This document shows, one piece after another, positions 1-8,468 of a stretch of DNA of 44,535 bases. The translations under genes were made by a program, and so were the position numbers. Numbering within the stretch: the first letter of the stretch is position 1; the number at the start of each line of letters is the position of its first letter. This DNA comes from a virus. Lineage: Duplodnaviria; Caudoviricetes. Under the pieces are notes generated by a model, which saw nothing but the letters and a program-made list of their open reading frames with translations, was not told the origin of the DNA and ran no database searches. The stretch is taken from positions 1-44,535 of the IMG/VR virus record IMGVR_UViG_3300033067_001518; one strand, written 5' to 3'.

Positions 1-448
1 TGATCATATATCCAGTTAGCAAATGCCTTTAATGCGCTCTCAAGTGAATCAACTTCACTTGTCACTTCCTCATCATCAATGCCGTAACAAGTGATTTGCA
101 TTGTCTCGGCATGATAATATCTACTTCTATGTTCAATGGTTGCACGTAGTGGAGCCGATAACTCTAATAAGAGAGCTATATCGTGCAACTTAGTATCTAG
201 TGGAGCGTATTCCTTAATTTTACTTTCAACTTCCTTCACATGATTATAACTCCCAGTGAAACATGCTCCATCCCCTTGAGAGGCAAAACCAGAATAGTAT
301 ATATCCTTAATATCTATCCCTAGTATTTTTGCAATTTCTTTAGCATACTCAAGTACGCATTCAGCATTCCATTGGAAGTCGTTTAGTTCTCTTAACTTGT
401 CGAGAGCTCTAGTTTTGGCCTTGTCGCTTAACTCTTCAAACTTATATA
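1..448 (+). repeat. Imperfect terminal direct repeat, left copy
   Basis: Ungapped match to 44088..44535 with about 32 mismatches by hand count; 1..77 and 386..448 identical. Confidence 0.95.
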
Positions 449-476
449 ATGTTTTTTCAATTGTAATAGTTCTCAT
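1..476 (-). CDS. Conserved phage early protein, 5' part (runs off the left edge; same gene as 43988..44535)
   Basis: ATG at 476, MRTITIEKTLYKFEELSDKAK...YYSGFASQGDGACF, open to position 1. Confidence 0.85.
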   Translation of the reverse strand, partial: MRTITIEKTLYKFEELSDKAKTRALDKLRELNDFQWNAECVLEYAKEIAKILGIDIKDIYYSGFASQGDGACFTGSYNHVKEVESKIKEYAPLDTKLHDIALLLELSAPLRATIEHRSRYYHAETMQITCYGIDDEEVTSEVDSLESALKAFANWIYD

Positions 477-480
477 ATAA

Positions 481-1170
481 TTAACTCTCACTTTCATTCA
501 AAACCACGTTAACAATTACTTTTTTAAACCCGGCTTCCAGGGCCTTTACTTGGAAGGCTCTCTTTTCATATGTAGAGATATATCTAGAATCATGAGGGTG
601 AATGATTAGAGCATCATTTACACTTGATAGATCCTCGCGCTCTACTATTTCTACAGTAACGGCCTTGATTGCACGCTCTCTTTTTTGTTTTGCTAGTCTC
701 TCTTGTCTCTCTTGTTCGGCTCGACTCAACCAAATAAGTTGTTCTTTTTTGGTGTACTTAATATTGAGAGCGTCAAGGTTAGCAATCTTAAAGGATGGTT
801 TTCCAGGATTGCGACTATATTTAAACCTAACTTCACTTTCGGCCCATTGGCTTAACTCTTCGGATCTTGCTCTATCTAGATTCTGTAAACCCTTGGGGGC
901 TTCCAAAACTAAATATTTTAAACCCAATTGAGAAAACAGGGAGCGAAGTTGACTGATATGTTTTCCAGTACTGGAAGAATACCTATATGTATTAAGTACT
1001 AACTTACCCTTAATAAGTTGCGCGATATTATACCATCTGTAGGAAGTTGCAACCATAGAGGAAGGATCGAAGGCAAGGTTACCGCGCTTAAAAACTTTAG
1101 AGCGTGGCTTCCAGTCTACAGTGTAGTTTTTTGATTTTTGTAGTTTTGAAATATCAATTAATTGTTTCAT
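481..1170 (-). CDS. Hypothetical early protein, 229 aa
   Basis: Long ORF co-oriented and tightly packed with the early block, downstream of a consensus-like promoter. Confidence 0.8.
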   Translation of the reverse strand: MKQLIDISKLQKSKNYTVDWKPRSKVFKRGNLAFDPSSMVATSYRWYNIAQLIKGKLVLNTYRYSSSTGKHISQLRSLFSQLGLKYLVLEAPKGLQNLDRARSEELSQWAESEVRFKYSRNPGKPSFKIANLDALNIKYTKKEQLIWLSRAEQERQERLAKQKRERAIKAVTVEIVEREDLSSVNDALIIHPHDSRYISTYEKRAFQVKALEAGFKKVIVNVVLNESES

Positions 1171-1171
1171 A

Positions 1172-1240
1172 TTAAAAACCCCCGATCATGGAAGCGGCTA
1201 TATATGTGAACATTAGATATGTAAGAATTGACGGTTTCAT
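1172..1240 (-). CDS. Possible 22-aa hydrophobic peptide
   Basis: MKPSILTYLMFTYIAASMIGGF; TAA-T-ATG junction with the next gene as elsewhere in the early block. Confidence 0.4.
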   Translation of the reverse strand: MKPSILTYLMFTYIAASMIGGF

Positions 1241-1280
1241 AAGTACTCTTTTCTATCAAGGTTCGATGCTTGATATATAA

Positions 1281-1310
1281 ATAATATCGCATTGCATTAT
1301 TAATTGCAAT
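1281..1310 (-). promoter_or_regulatory. Sigma70-like early promoter with overlapping inverted repeat
   Basis: Minus strand TTGCAA-17 nt-TATTAT; ATTGCA-N8-TGCAAT palindrome at 1291..1310 covers the -35 box. Confidence 0.6.
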
Positions 1311-1855
1311 AGTTATTTTTAAATATGCGTCAATTATTTATATGTGCGTTAATATGAGTATTCAACTTGATTAATTGCATTAGTTTGAGTATCCATATTT
1401 ATATGTTGAATCATGTATAGATGGTGAGTGAGTGAATATATATAACTCGTGCCTATTACATATAGATACAATCCAATCAATCCAATCAAGCTCAAGTGTT
1501 TTTCAATTCGGACATTATACAATACTGTCTGTAACCCAATGAATACATATACTTATATCAATACCCAATTAATAACTGGACCAAACACCAGCGACACATG
1601 TGTCAGCATGGATTCAATTAGAATGATTGATGCTAATGATTGCAATAAGTTACGATTGATTAAACGATTTTAGTTGATGGTGGGGTGGGCATACCGCCAC
1701 ACCTCCCAAATTTGTGGGTATAAAACTCGTTCTGACAGGTTCTTAAAACTCCACGACTCACCGCATACATAATCAATAACATAACCACAACACTCTCGAA
1801 AATTTGGCCTTCCTATAAATTCAATTAAACATACTATCGTCACTACTTATTTTTA

Positions 1856-1884
1856 TTGACTCAATGCGCGTCATTTGATATTAT
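1856..1884 (+). promoter_or_regulatory. Sigma70-like promoter
   Basis: TTGACT-17 nt-TATTAT with TGn extension, 8 nt before ATG 1893. Confidence 0.65.
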
Positions 1885-1892
1885 GCTTTCCT

Positions 1893-2171
1893 ATGAGCAA
1901 GAAAGTAAATGAGCTAACCGAGAGACAACTACAATCTCTGAAGTCAGCTGGTGGTATGCGAGAAAACATCCTTCGACAGGCTTACGAAGGAACAGGAGGA
2001 CGTACGAACGCCATCAAAGCAAAATGTCTGGAGTGTGTAAATTTCGATGATGCTGCCAACAGGATCAGGACTTGTGATGTTAGAACTTGCCCACTCCATG
2101 CTTATCGACCATACCAGTCATCATCTAGCGACGAGTCAGAAGACGCTGTTTCGCCACAGGACGCCACATAA
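1893..2171 (+). CDS. Small Cys-rich, probably Zn-binding phage protein
   Basis: AIKAKCLEC...IRTCDVRTCPLHAYRPY motif; start placed at ATG 1893 after the promoter. Confidence 0.75.
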   Translation: MSKKVNELTERQLQSLKSAGGMRENILRQAYEGTGGRTNAIKAKCLECVNFDDAANRIRTCDVRTCPLHAYRPYQSSSSDESEDAVSPQDAT

Positions 2172-2174
2172 TTA

Positions 2175-2513
2175 TTACCCGACAAAATAACTCAGTATTA
2201 ACTTAATATGCTCCAAGAACTCCTCATGCGTCATAGCACCCTTCATGATGTTGCAGGTGGAGCAGCAGCTCACACAGTTCTCGACGGTGTACCCAAAGTT
2301 AGGATCAATCCGATCAATTCCATTAGCAGAAAACTCTAGACTCACCCCACGAGATTTTCTGGTATGAACTCTGGTCTGTGGATCTTTCCTGCAGTAAACA
2401 CATGGACTCGTTACTAGAGCTTTAAACTCTGTCAGTGTAAAATCAAACTTATAGCCTTTTTTCTTTGCTCTTGCACGATAACCTGCTGCCATAACCTTGA
2501 TTGGATCTTTCAT
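2175..2513 (-). CDS. HNH-like endonuclease
   Basis: CVYC...NGIDRIDPNFGYTVENCVSCCSTCNIMKG; AAGGA SD before ATG 2513. Confidence 0.8.
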   Translation of the reverse strand: MKDPIKVMAAGYRARAKKKGYKFDFTLTEFKALVTSPCVYCRKDPQTRVHTRKSRGVSLEFSANGIDRIDPNFGYTVENCVSCCSTCNIMKGAMTHEEFLEHIKLILSYFVG

Positions 2514-2615
2514 GATAATTAATCCTTTCACGCTTTTTCACCGACTGCAAAAACTTAGTAAATCTATCAGGAGCCAAAATCATATGTACCGCAAGCCAGA
2601 AAGATTTTATGATCT

Positions 2616-2939
2616 TCACTTTTTCTTCCTAGCAGCATTTTCTTCTTTAGTTTTTTTCTTATGGCAAGTATTACACAATCCCTGTAGACCACTTGACGGA
2701 CAAAACAGTCTTTCCATAAACCCATCTCGAAGACTTCCAACAGGGACAATATGATCTATTTTAATTTTAGGAGTAACTTCACCGCACATCTCGCACATTA
2801 AAAATCCATCTGGAAGTGTACAACGCTTAACTGTGATCTGTCTAGCTTTACAGCGATACCAAACCTGTCTCACAGCAGAACTGATCTTCGTGATTTCGTA
2901 AGTACCTAGACCATCAATGGGCTTTGCCTTCTCTCTCAA
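2616..2939 (-). CDS. HNH endonuclease
   Basis: CEMC...IDHIVPV...LQGLCNTCH; TTG start overlaps upstream TGA. Confidence 0.8.
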   Translation of the reverse strand: MREKAKPIDGLGTYEITKISSAVRQVWYRCKARQITVKRCTLPDGFLMCEMCGEVTPKIKIDHIVPVGSLRDGFMERLFCPSSGLQGLCNTCHKKKTKEENAARKKK

Positions 2940-3103
2940 ATCGCACCGTTAACAAATTCTTTTTGAGAGTTGAAATAAAGTTTACTCTCAAGCTCAGTGA
3001 TTTTCTTTTGAAGTAATTCATTCTCATCGCTGAGTAATTGAACCTGCGCTTTTAAATCTAAAATAATCTGGCTAACATGCACAACGTCTTCCTGGTCGTT
3101 CAT
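2936..3103 (-). CDS. 55-aa coiled-coil hypothetical protein (not in ORF track)
   Basis: AAGGAG SD, MNDQEDVVHVSQIILDLKAQVQLLSDENELLQKKITELESK... Confidence 0.7.
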   Translation of the reverse strand: MNDQEDVVHVSQIILDLKAQVQLLSDENELLQKKITELESKLYFNSQKEFVNGAI

Positions 3104-3137
3104 AGTGTTCTCCTTGGAGATAGTGAATCATATAATT

Positions 3138-3377
3138 TTAGTAAGTGCAACTATCACAAATCCAAAACCATCCACCGTCTTTATTTTTTAATTTAGTATT
3201 TCCAGATTTACTACAACCAATACAAACTTCGTAATGAAAGCTTTCAGCCATTTTGTTGTTTTCAATATCCGTCAAGGTTCCGTCTAGTGCAGTTGCATTC
3301 CTCCAAGCACTAGCTCCTCTTGGATTTTTAAAAAACATTCTACGATAATCATCTGCAAGTTTAAGAGCCAGAGGCAT
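3138..3377 (-). CDS. Small Zn-ribbon-like protein
   Basis: CIGC...CDSC; start moved to ATG 3377 to avoid a long overlap with the helicase. Confidence 0.55.
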   Translation of the reverse strand: MPLALKLADDYRRMFFKNPRGASAWRNATALDGTLTDIENNKMAESFHYEVCIGCSKSGNTKLKNKDGGWFWICDSCTY

Positions 3378-4317
3378 CTGCTGACTTTGCAGATCCAGTA
3401 CGTCCACCCCATTTTTTTGCAAATGGTTTGTTGCTCCTGGAAACATTTTCTTTGAAAGTTTTATTTGATTCCTCATAACGTCCAAGAGCATCTGTGTTTC
3501 GTTGGTAGAATTTTTTGTTAACATATTTTCCGCGCTTTCTAATTTTTTTAAAAACGAACTCTCTGTCGTAATCTGTTAGACCAAAATCTTCTTGCTCTTG
3601 ATCTGTAAGCCTATTCATCAGTAAAATATTTGTAGCTTCCTGAACTGCTGTGCTTGATCCCTTGATGTCAAACTCAGAAATAATTTTTCCTTCAAAAGTT
3701 TTTCTTGGATGCATTACTAGAAAGAAATGCATCGGAGTCACTTTCACAAACTGAACAAACTTGTGGATTGTTTCATCCATCTCCAGAGTTTGATCTCCAC
3801 CACGGCTAGGTTTCAGCATAAAGTTCAGGTTATCAGCAATAGCTACATTTACGCTGTAAGCATCGTTAACGTATTTCATCAGATCAATAAACTCATCAAC
3901 GTCTACCCTTCCGCTGTAAGTTGTGACCACAAGATTTTCTTCAATCTTGTTTTGAAAATTTTTGAGAGTCCACATCAACCTTGATTTTTGTTCTGGAGTA
4001 ATATCCTCACCAGAAATAAAATCTTCTTTTGCAAATACACTCAAAACCATTTTAATAAAATCAACTTCACCAATTTCAACAGGAGCTACAAAAACTTTCT
4101 GACCATCATCGATAAGCTGTGCAACTAGATTTGCAAGCCACAAACTTTTACCAGCACCTGTTGGTCCACAGAAAATTGAAAACTCTTTTGGACGAAGTCC
4201 ACCAGTGTATTTTGTGAATACAGGCCACCATGGAGTTGGTGAACCTTTTGGTGGTTCGAGTATTTCACCAACAGCTTCATTAAGCGCGTTTAGTGTGTTT
4301 GCGATTGGAAGGTTCAT
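3361..4317 (-). CDS. SF4 (DnaB/T7 gp4-like) replicative helicase, ATPase domain only
   Basis: GGLRPKEFSIFCGPTGAGKS Walker A, IADNL Walker B, LVMHPRK, DIKGSSTAVQEA; follows the initiator with ATGA overlap. Confidence 0.88.
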   Translation of the reverse strand: MNLPIANTLNALNEAVGEILEPPKGSPTPWWPVFTKYTGGLRPKEFSIFCGPTGAGKSLWLANLVAQLIDDGQKVFVAPVEIGEVDFIKMVLSVFAKEDFISGEDITPEQKSRLMWTLKNFQNKIEENLVVTTYSGRVDVDEFIDLMKYVNDAYSVNVAIADNLNFMLKPSRGGDQTLEMDETIHKFVQFVKVTPMHFFLVMHPRKTFEGKIISEFDIKGSSTAVQEATNILLMNRLTDQEQEDFGLTDYDREFVFKKIRKRGKYVNKKFYQRNTDALGRYEESNKTFKENVSRSNKPFAKKWGGRTGSAKSADASGS

Positions 4318-5030
4318 TGGTTGTATTTTCCTTCAAGGACTCTTTCAATTGTTCCAGGTCTAATCAGCCAATCAAAATCTGCTTTCCAAGATTTTTTCCT
4401 TCCACCGGTTGGAGGAATTTTTCCTGTGCAAAATTTTGATGCGTTTATTATTGCCATAACATCCTCCCAAACTTCTTGGTTTGGATATGTTTTTAATCTT
4501 GCAGATGCTGCTGATCTTCGATCTGGTGACAACGCAATAACTTCTGGAAGCTCAGGATTTTTTAATTCGTTCCACAGGCTAACCAAGTCGCTAGGCGTCA
4601 ACGAGTCCATGTCTTTATCTTTAATCTTATCCTTATCCTTATCCTTATCCATATGGGTCGGGCAACCCATGGCCAAGGGTATGGCAAGGGTTAGATTATT
4701 TATATCGATATTGTGTGATTTCAATAACTTAATAACGGATTTATGAGTGTTGCTTGTTTCTTGTAACTCACCGTATTGAAATTTGATAAAGCTCGGTACA
4801 AACCATGTGTCATCCTTTAAAAATTCTATACGATGGCCAAAATGTTCTACCACACCATCAACAGAAATTCCCTTTCCAATGATAAAAGATGCTGCTTCCA
4901 GGTCAGCTCTCCATATTCCGGCGTGATCGCATTTGTCTAAAATGTAATCCCAAAAACTACGATACTGATGTGGCAGTTTCCTGTACCATGGATTATCCCA
5001 CTTTGTTGTGTCTGTGAATCTTTTAGCCAT
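4314..5030 (-). CDS. Phage replication initiator
   Basis: N-terminal MAKRFTDTTKW...W winged-helix-like region, DKDKDK linker, C-terminal WKADFDWLI...VLEGKY; directly upstream of helicase. Confidence 0.8.
   Translation of the reverse strand: MAKRFTDTTKWDNPWYRKLPHQYRSFWDYILDKCDHAGIWRADLEAASFIIGKGISVDGVVEHFGHRIEFLKDDTWFVPSFIKFQYGELQETSNTHKSVIKLLKSHNIDINNLTLAIPLAMGCPTHMDKDKDKDKIKDKDMDSLTPSDLVSLWNELKNPELPEVIALSPDRRSAASARLKTYPNQEVWEDVMAIINASKFCTGKIPPTGGRKKSWKADFDWLIRPGTIERVLEGKYNQ
4611..4692. repeat. Short repeats in the initiator linker; candidate origin
   Basis: CTTATC-type tandem units plus ATGGCCAAGGGT/ATGGCAAGGGTT direct repeat; lambdoid origins lie inside initiator genes (inference). Confidence 0.4.
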
Positions 5031-5319
5031 TTGCAACCTTCGATTCTTTATATTTAATGTATCTAGTTACAGTTGCGCAGAAGTAGTGAAATGGCTTTTG
5101 TTTGTCTTTGTTTTTATCTTTAAGGTAGATGTACTTTGTTATTTTTGCACCCTTTAAAACCTCTTCAAAAGAAGCAAATTTAAGCTGGAAAAGTATGCGC
5201 CTAATCTTTTTCCTGCTCAACTCTTCAACAGAAAATCTTTTCGTATCGCAAAGAGGAGCGACTATCTCTTCACAGATTTTTCTATATCTATCTATTGGAT
5301 CATTATTTTTGTATATCAC
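5023..5319 (-). CDS. Basic hypothetical protein
   Basis: ORF overlapping the initiator start; probable GTG start at 5319 after GGGGG. Confidence 0.65.
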   Translation of the reverse strand: MIYKNNDPIDRYRKICEEIVAPLCDTKRFSVEELSRKKIRRILFQLKFASFEEVLKGAKITKYIYLKDKNKDKQKPFHYFCATVTRYIKYKESKVANG

Positions 5320-5335
5320 GATGCCCCCACATCCA

Positions 5336-5378
5336 AATAAAAATCCCCCCAACAGCATCTACTCTGAAGGAGGGATTT
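5336..5378 (-). terminator. Hairpin with U-rich tail
   Basis: Minus strand AAAUCCCUCC...GGGGGGAUUU then UUAUUU. Confidence 0.45.
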
Positions 5379-5402
5379 ATCGACAATTGAGATCTCTCTC
5401 AC

Positions 5403-5431
5403 AAAAAACCGGCTGTAGATGTTGCCTGGTT
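5403..5431 (-). terminator. Intrinsic terminator-like hairpin after the SSB-like gene
   Basis: Minus strand AACCAGGC-loop-GCCGGUU then UUUU. Confidence 0.5.
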
Positions 5432-5464
5432 ATTTTTTATAAGAGCTTTATTACTTCGTCAAGA

Positions 5465-5923
5465 CTAAAAACTAATATCACTTTCTGGAGCTTGTGCTTT
5501 AGGATTAGCTGCAATAATTGCAGCAGCTTGACCTTTAAGTACAGCAAGAGCACCAGTGCCTTGTTTGAATGCTTGGGCAGCAGCACGAGGAGCCGAAGGG
5601 TCGTTAATATACTTGATCTCTGTATAAGTTTTACCATTATACACTCGATCAGCAATCACGATTTCAAAAACCTTTTCAGTATTCAAAACACCTGATTTTA
5701 AGCCTTTTTCAACGTCTTGTATATTAGATGCAGTAGCACCCATCACCACTAGATTCTTGGTTGTGATCTCTTGAGACTTCTCGCTTCCGAGTTGTCCGTA
5801 CCAACTATATGCTGGACCATTTTTAATTCCAAAAGTTACTTTTACTTGAAGTGAATTTTTTCCTTCAACTAATCCATAATCTGTAATCTTTGCTTCATAT
5901 GTTCCTGGTTCAATTTTGCTCAT
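5465..5923 (-). CDS. Putative single-stranded DNA-binding protein (DUF669-like)
   Basis: IEPGTYEAKI N-terminus, acidic-aromatic tail ESDISF, downstream of Sak4-like gene. Confidence 0.7.
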   Translation of the reverse strand: MSKIEPGTYEAKITDYGLVEGKNSLQVKVTFGIKNGPAYSWYGQLGSEKSQEITTKNLVVMGATASNIQDVEKGLKSGVLNTEKVFEIVIADRVYNGKTYTEIKYINDPSAPRAAAQAFKQGTGALAVLKGQAAAIIAANPKAQAPESDISF

Positions 5924-5924
5924 A

Positions 5925-6821
5925 CTATTCTCCTGTTACCTGTAATAGGCGGTTCTTGATTGCGACGAGTTTTTTTGTATCTGCTGCACTTTTCGCTGTT
6001 GCAAATTGTTCAGCAGCTTTACTGCGAAGATTCTCGTCAGTGACCTTCGTTAGTAATCCTTCGATTGTGGAATTTAATACTTCAATTGATTCTGGATTGG
6101 AAGATGCAACTGCATCGTCAAATGCCTTGTAGGATAAATCAATTTTATAAGGTAATCCAAAGCGGTTTTTAGCATCATGATATGCACGATATTCAGTGTA
6201 AATCACACGACTTTCACCACCGAGTCCTTTACCCTTTTTAGTATTTTTATCTACGTTAATAAAGTTCTCATACGTTGCAAATAGAACTGCCTCGCAGTTT
6301 TCCTTCACTAGAGCGTTTGCAGATTTGTGAAGTTTAATTTCATAACGATCATAGCCCTGAGAAGATGGATCATTAAATAATTTAACTTGAGAGTGACAAA
6401 TCAAAATTACATTCATCTTTTCTCTTAGATCTTTTAAAGCAGAAAAAAACTGTTGCCACTCTTTAGTAGCTAGAACTTGGCCTTTACCAAAGCCAAAGTC
6501 TTCAATGCTTTTCATTCCACCATCTTTGCAAACTTTTTCATGAATTAATGGCTCAAGATGATCAAGACTATCTACTACAAGAGTTTTATAATTATGTTTT
6601 GATGTCATCAATTCTTGAATTGAGTCCATGATCATTTGGAATGAAGTAATTTTTGGAAGTCGAATTACGTCAAGACTATTTGTTCCATCTTCAGTACAAG
6701 CAAAGATTGGATTTGGTGCTTCAGATGCAAATGTTGATTTTCCACAACCCTCTGGACCATATATTGTGATGAAGTGTGGCTTCTTCAATTTACCGCTGGT
6801 GACTTGGCTTAATAAGCTCAT
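5925..6821 (-). CDS. Sak4-like (AAA_24) single-strand annealing ATPase
   Basis: IYGPEGCGKST, TLVVDSLDHLE, VILICHS, AKNRFGLP; AAGGAG SD before ATG 6821. Confidence 0.85.
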   Translation of the reverse strand: MSLLSQVTSGKLKKPHFITIYGPEGCGKSTFASEAPNPIFACTEDGTNSLDVIRLPKITSFQMIMDSIQELMTSKHNYKTLVVDSLDHLEPLIHEKVCKDGGMKSIEDFGFGKGQVLATKEWQQFFSALKDLREKMNVILICHSQVKLFNDPSSQGYDRYEIKLHKSANALVKENCEAVLFATYENFINVDKNTKKGKGLGGESRVIYTEYRAYHDAKNRFGLPYKIDLSYKAFDDAVASSNPESIEVLNSTIEGLLTKVTDENLRSKAAEQFATAKSAADTKKLVAIKNRLLQVTGE

Positions 6822-6867
6822 TTTTTTCTCCTTTGTTTGTTCGTTTACTTCGGTTAGCATATTTGTA

Positions 6868-7527
6868 ATGGAAGAAAATGAGAAGCAAAAAGTTATACGA
6901 ATTAAGCATGATTCTTTTGAACAGGGTTCTGGTTCATGGCATCAGTTTAGACAAAAAAGAATTGGTGGATCTGATGCTCCAATAATATCTGGACAATCTC
7001 CATGGAAGTCTTCTTTAAATCTATGGGCAGAAAAATGTGGATCAATTGAACAACCAGATCTATCACAAAACTTTGCGGTCCAGCGTGGCGTGAGGCTAGA
7101 ACCAATCGTTCGTGGAATGGTTTCTATCATGTTAGACATGAATTTTGATCCAGCAGTATTTACGCACACAGAAAAAGAATACTTATCAGCTTCTCTTGAT
7201 GGATGGGACGAAGAAAATCAGGCAATGATCGAGATCAAAGTGGGCAATGCCCCAGATCACAAGAAATGCAATCCAGAAGATCCTAAGAGCATACCAAAAA
7301 AATATTTCGCACAAATCCAACACCAGTTATATGTGGTAAAGCCAAAACGTGCGTTTTACTGCAGTTATTGGATCGAAAAAGGAAAAGACGAAGACAGGGG
7401 TGATCTTAAAATAGTCGAAGTTTTTCCAGATGAAGAGTTTATTTCTCGGTATTTACCCATCGCCGAAGAGTTTTATCAATGCGTAATAAACAACACACCA
7501 CCACGGGCGGTTAAGTTAGAGTTATAA
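6868..7527 (+). CDS. YqaJ/lambda-exonuclease family nuclease
   Basis: EQGSGSWHQFR...IGGSD...G..LEP...SASLDG...IEIK...QIQHQL; true start ATG 6868. Confidence 0.9.
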   Translation: MEENEKQKVIRIKHDSFEQGSGSWHQFRQKRIGGSDAPIISGQSPWKSSLNLWAEKCGSIEQPDLSQNFAVQRGVRLEPIVRGMVSIMLDMNFDPAVFTHTEKEYLSASLDGWDEENQAMIEIKVGNAPDHKKCNPEDPKSIPKKYFAQIQHQLYVVKPKRAFYCSYWIEKGKDEDRGDLKIVEVFPDEEFISRYLPIAEEFYQCVINNTPPRAVKLEL

Positions 7528-7965
7528 ATATATTTTTCTTGTCCACAATGGCATTGTTAAGGCATCCATTAAATTCCAACCATCTTTAAGCCTTCTTCTC
7601 ACAACATGTCTGCTCATGCCATAAAGTGCACATGCGTCTACAAGTGCATATTTTTTACCATCAATATAAACATAGAAGTTTCTTCTTGTATTTCTTAACT
7701 GCTCGGATCTATTTGACCACTTGCAGTTTTCTTTTGAATATCCTTTTTCATTGTCTATTCTGTCAAGCATCATCCCCTTGTCTGGATATCCCATGTCAGT
7801 GGCAAAGTTTCTGAAGTCTAACCAACTATCGCATACATCTATTCCCCTTCCTCCATAGTCATTATATTGTTTGCATTTTTTATTTTTGCATCTATAAATC
7901 ATTAATCTCCATGAATCGTATGATTTATTTCCTCTGTATTTAATAAAAATATTTTTTTGTTCCAT
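7522..7965 (-). CDS. HNH-type homing endonuclease-like protein
   Basis: YGGRGIDVCDSWLDF...LDRIDNEKGYSKENCKW with C-terminal HTH-like segment. Confidence 0.85.
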   Translation of the reverse strand: MEQKNIFIKYRGNKSYDSWRLMIYRCKNKKCKQYNDYGGRGIDVCDSWLDFRNFATDMGYPDKGMMLDRIDNEKGYSKENCKWSNRSEQLRNTRRNFYVYIDGKKYALVDACALYGMSRHVVRRRLKDGWNLMDALTMPLWTRKIYL

Positions 7966-8006
7966 TTCATTGGAGTAACATATTATGTTGTGAAATAATA
8001 TGCACA

Positions 8007-8279
8007 ATGAGATATAGAAGGCGTTTCCGTGATGAATTTATAGTCCACTTCGACGGAGACATGATCTATTACAAGGATAAGGTTTTAAATATATGGGGTA
8101 CTACAGGAATCGACGTAGACCATAATAAAATTCAGTTACGCGATGATATATTGGTGCGAGAGTATCGAAAAGATAAACCATACACATTTGATAAGCTGCT
8201 TTTTATATGGGATGCAATACATCCTCAATTGGTATCTATTGCAAAGAAAAAAATGCTTGTCCACAGACGGACATCATGA
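8007..8279 (+). CDS. Hypothetical protein
   Basis: 90-aa ORF filling the gap before the next plus-strand genes. Confidence 0.55.
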   Translation: MRYRRRFRDEFIVHFDGDMIYYKDKVLNIWGTTGIDVDHNKIQLRDDILVREYRKDKPYTFDKLLFIWDAIHPQLVSIAKKKMLVHRRTS

Positions 8280-8291
8280 GATTAAAGCTAC

Positions 8292-8468
8292 ATGATTACA
8301 GATCCAAAAGATAAATTTAGTCATTTTTTAAATCTAATGCAAGATCAACTCGACGCTAGTGTATTTACGTTAGAGGGATTTGGATTTATAATTTTTATTG
8401 CATCAATAACACTTGGATTTCATTTACTTGTTATCCTATTCATAACAAGGATCTGGAAAAATGATTAA
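8292..8468 (+). CDS. 58-aa membrane protein (not in ORF track)
   Basis: MITDPKDKF...GFGFIIFIASITLGFHLLVILFITRIWKND; overlaps next start. Confidence 0.55.
   Translation: MITDPKDKFSHFLNLMQDQLDASVFTLEGFGFIIFIASITLGFHLLVILFITRIWKND

Noticed and set aside
1-448. Terminal copies as a DGR template/variable repeat pair (Mtd_N genes are present)
   Set aside because: Mismatches involve all four bases rather than adenines of one copy, many are synonymous, and no reverse transcriptase ORF is visible
1449-1673. 74-aa ORF in the divergence region
   Set aside because: GTG start without convincing SD, low-complexity sequence, no motif
6628-6867. 80-aa N-terminal extension of the YqaJ ORF
   Set aside because: Antisense to the Sak4-like gene; nuclease motifs start after ATG 6868
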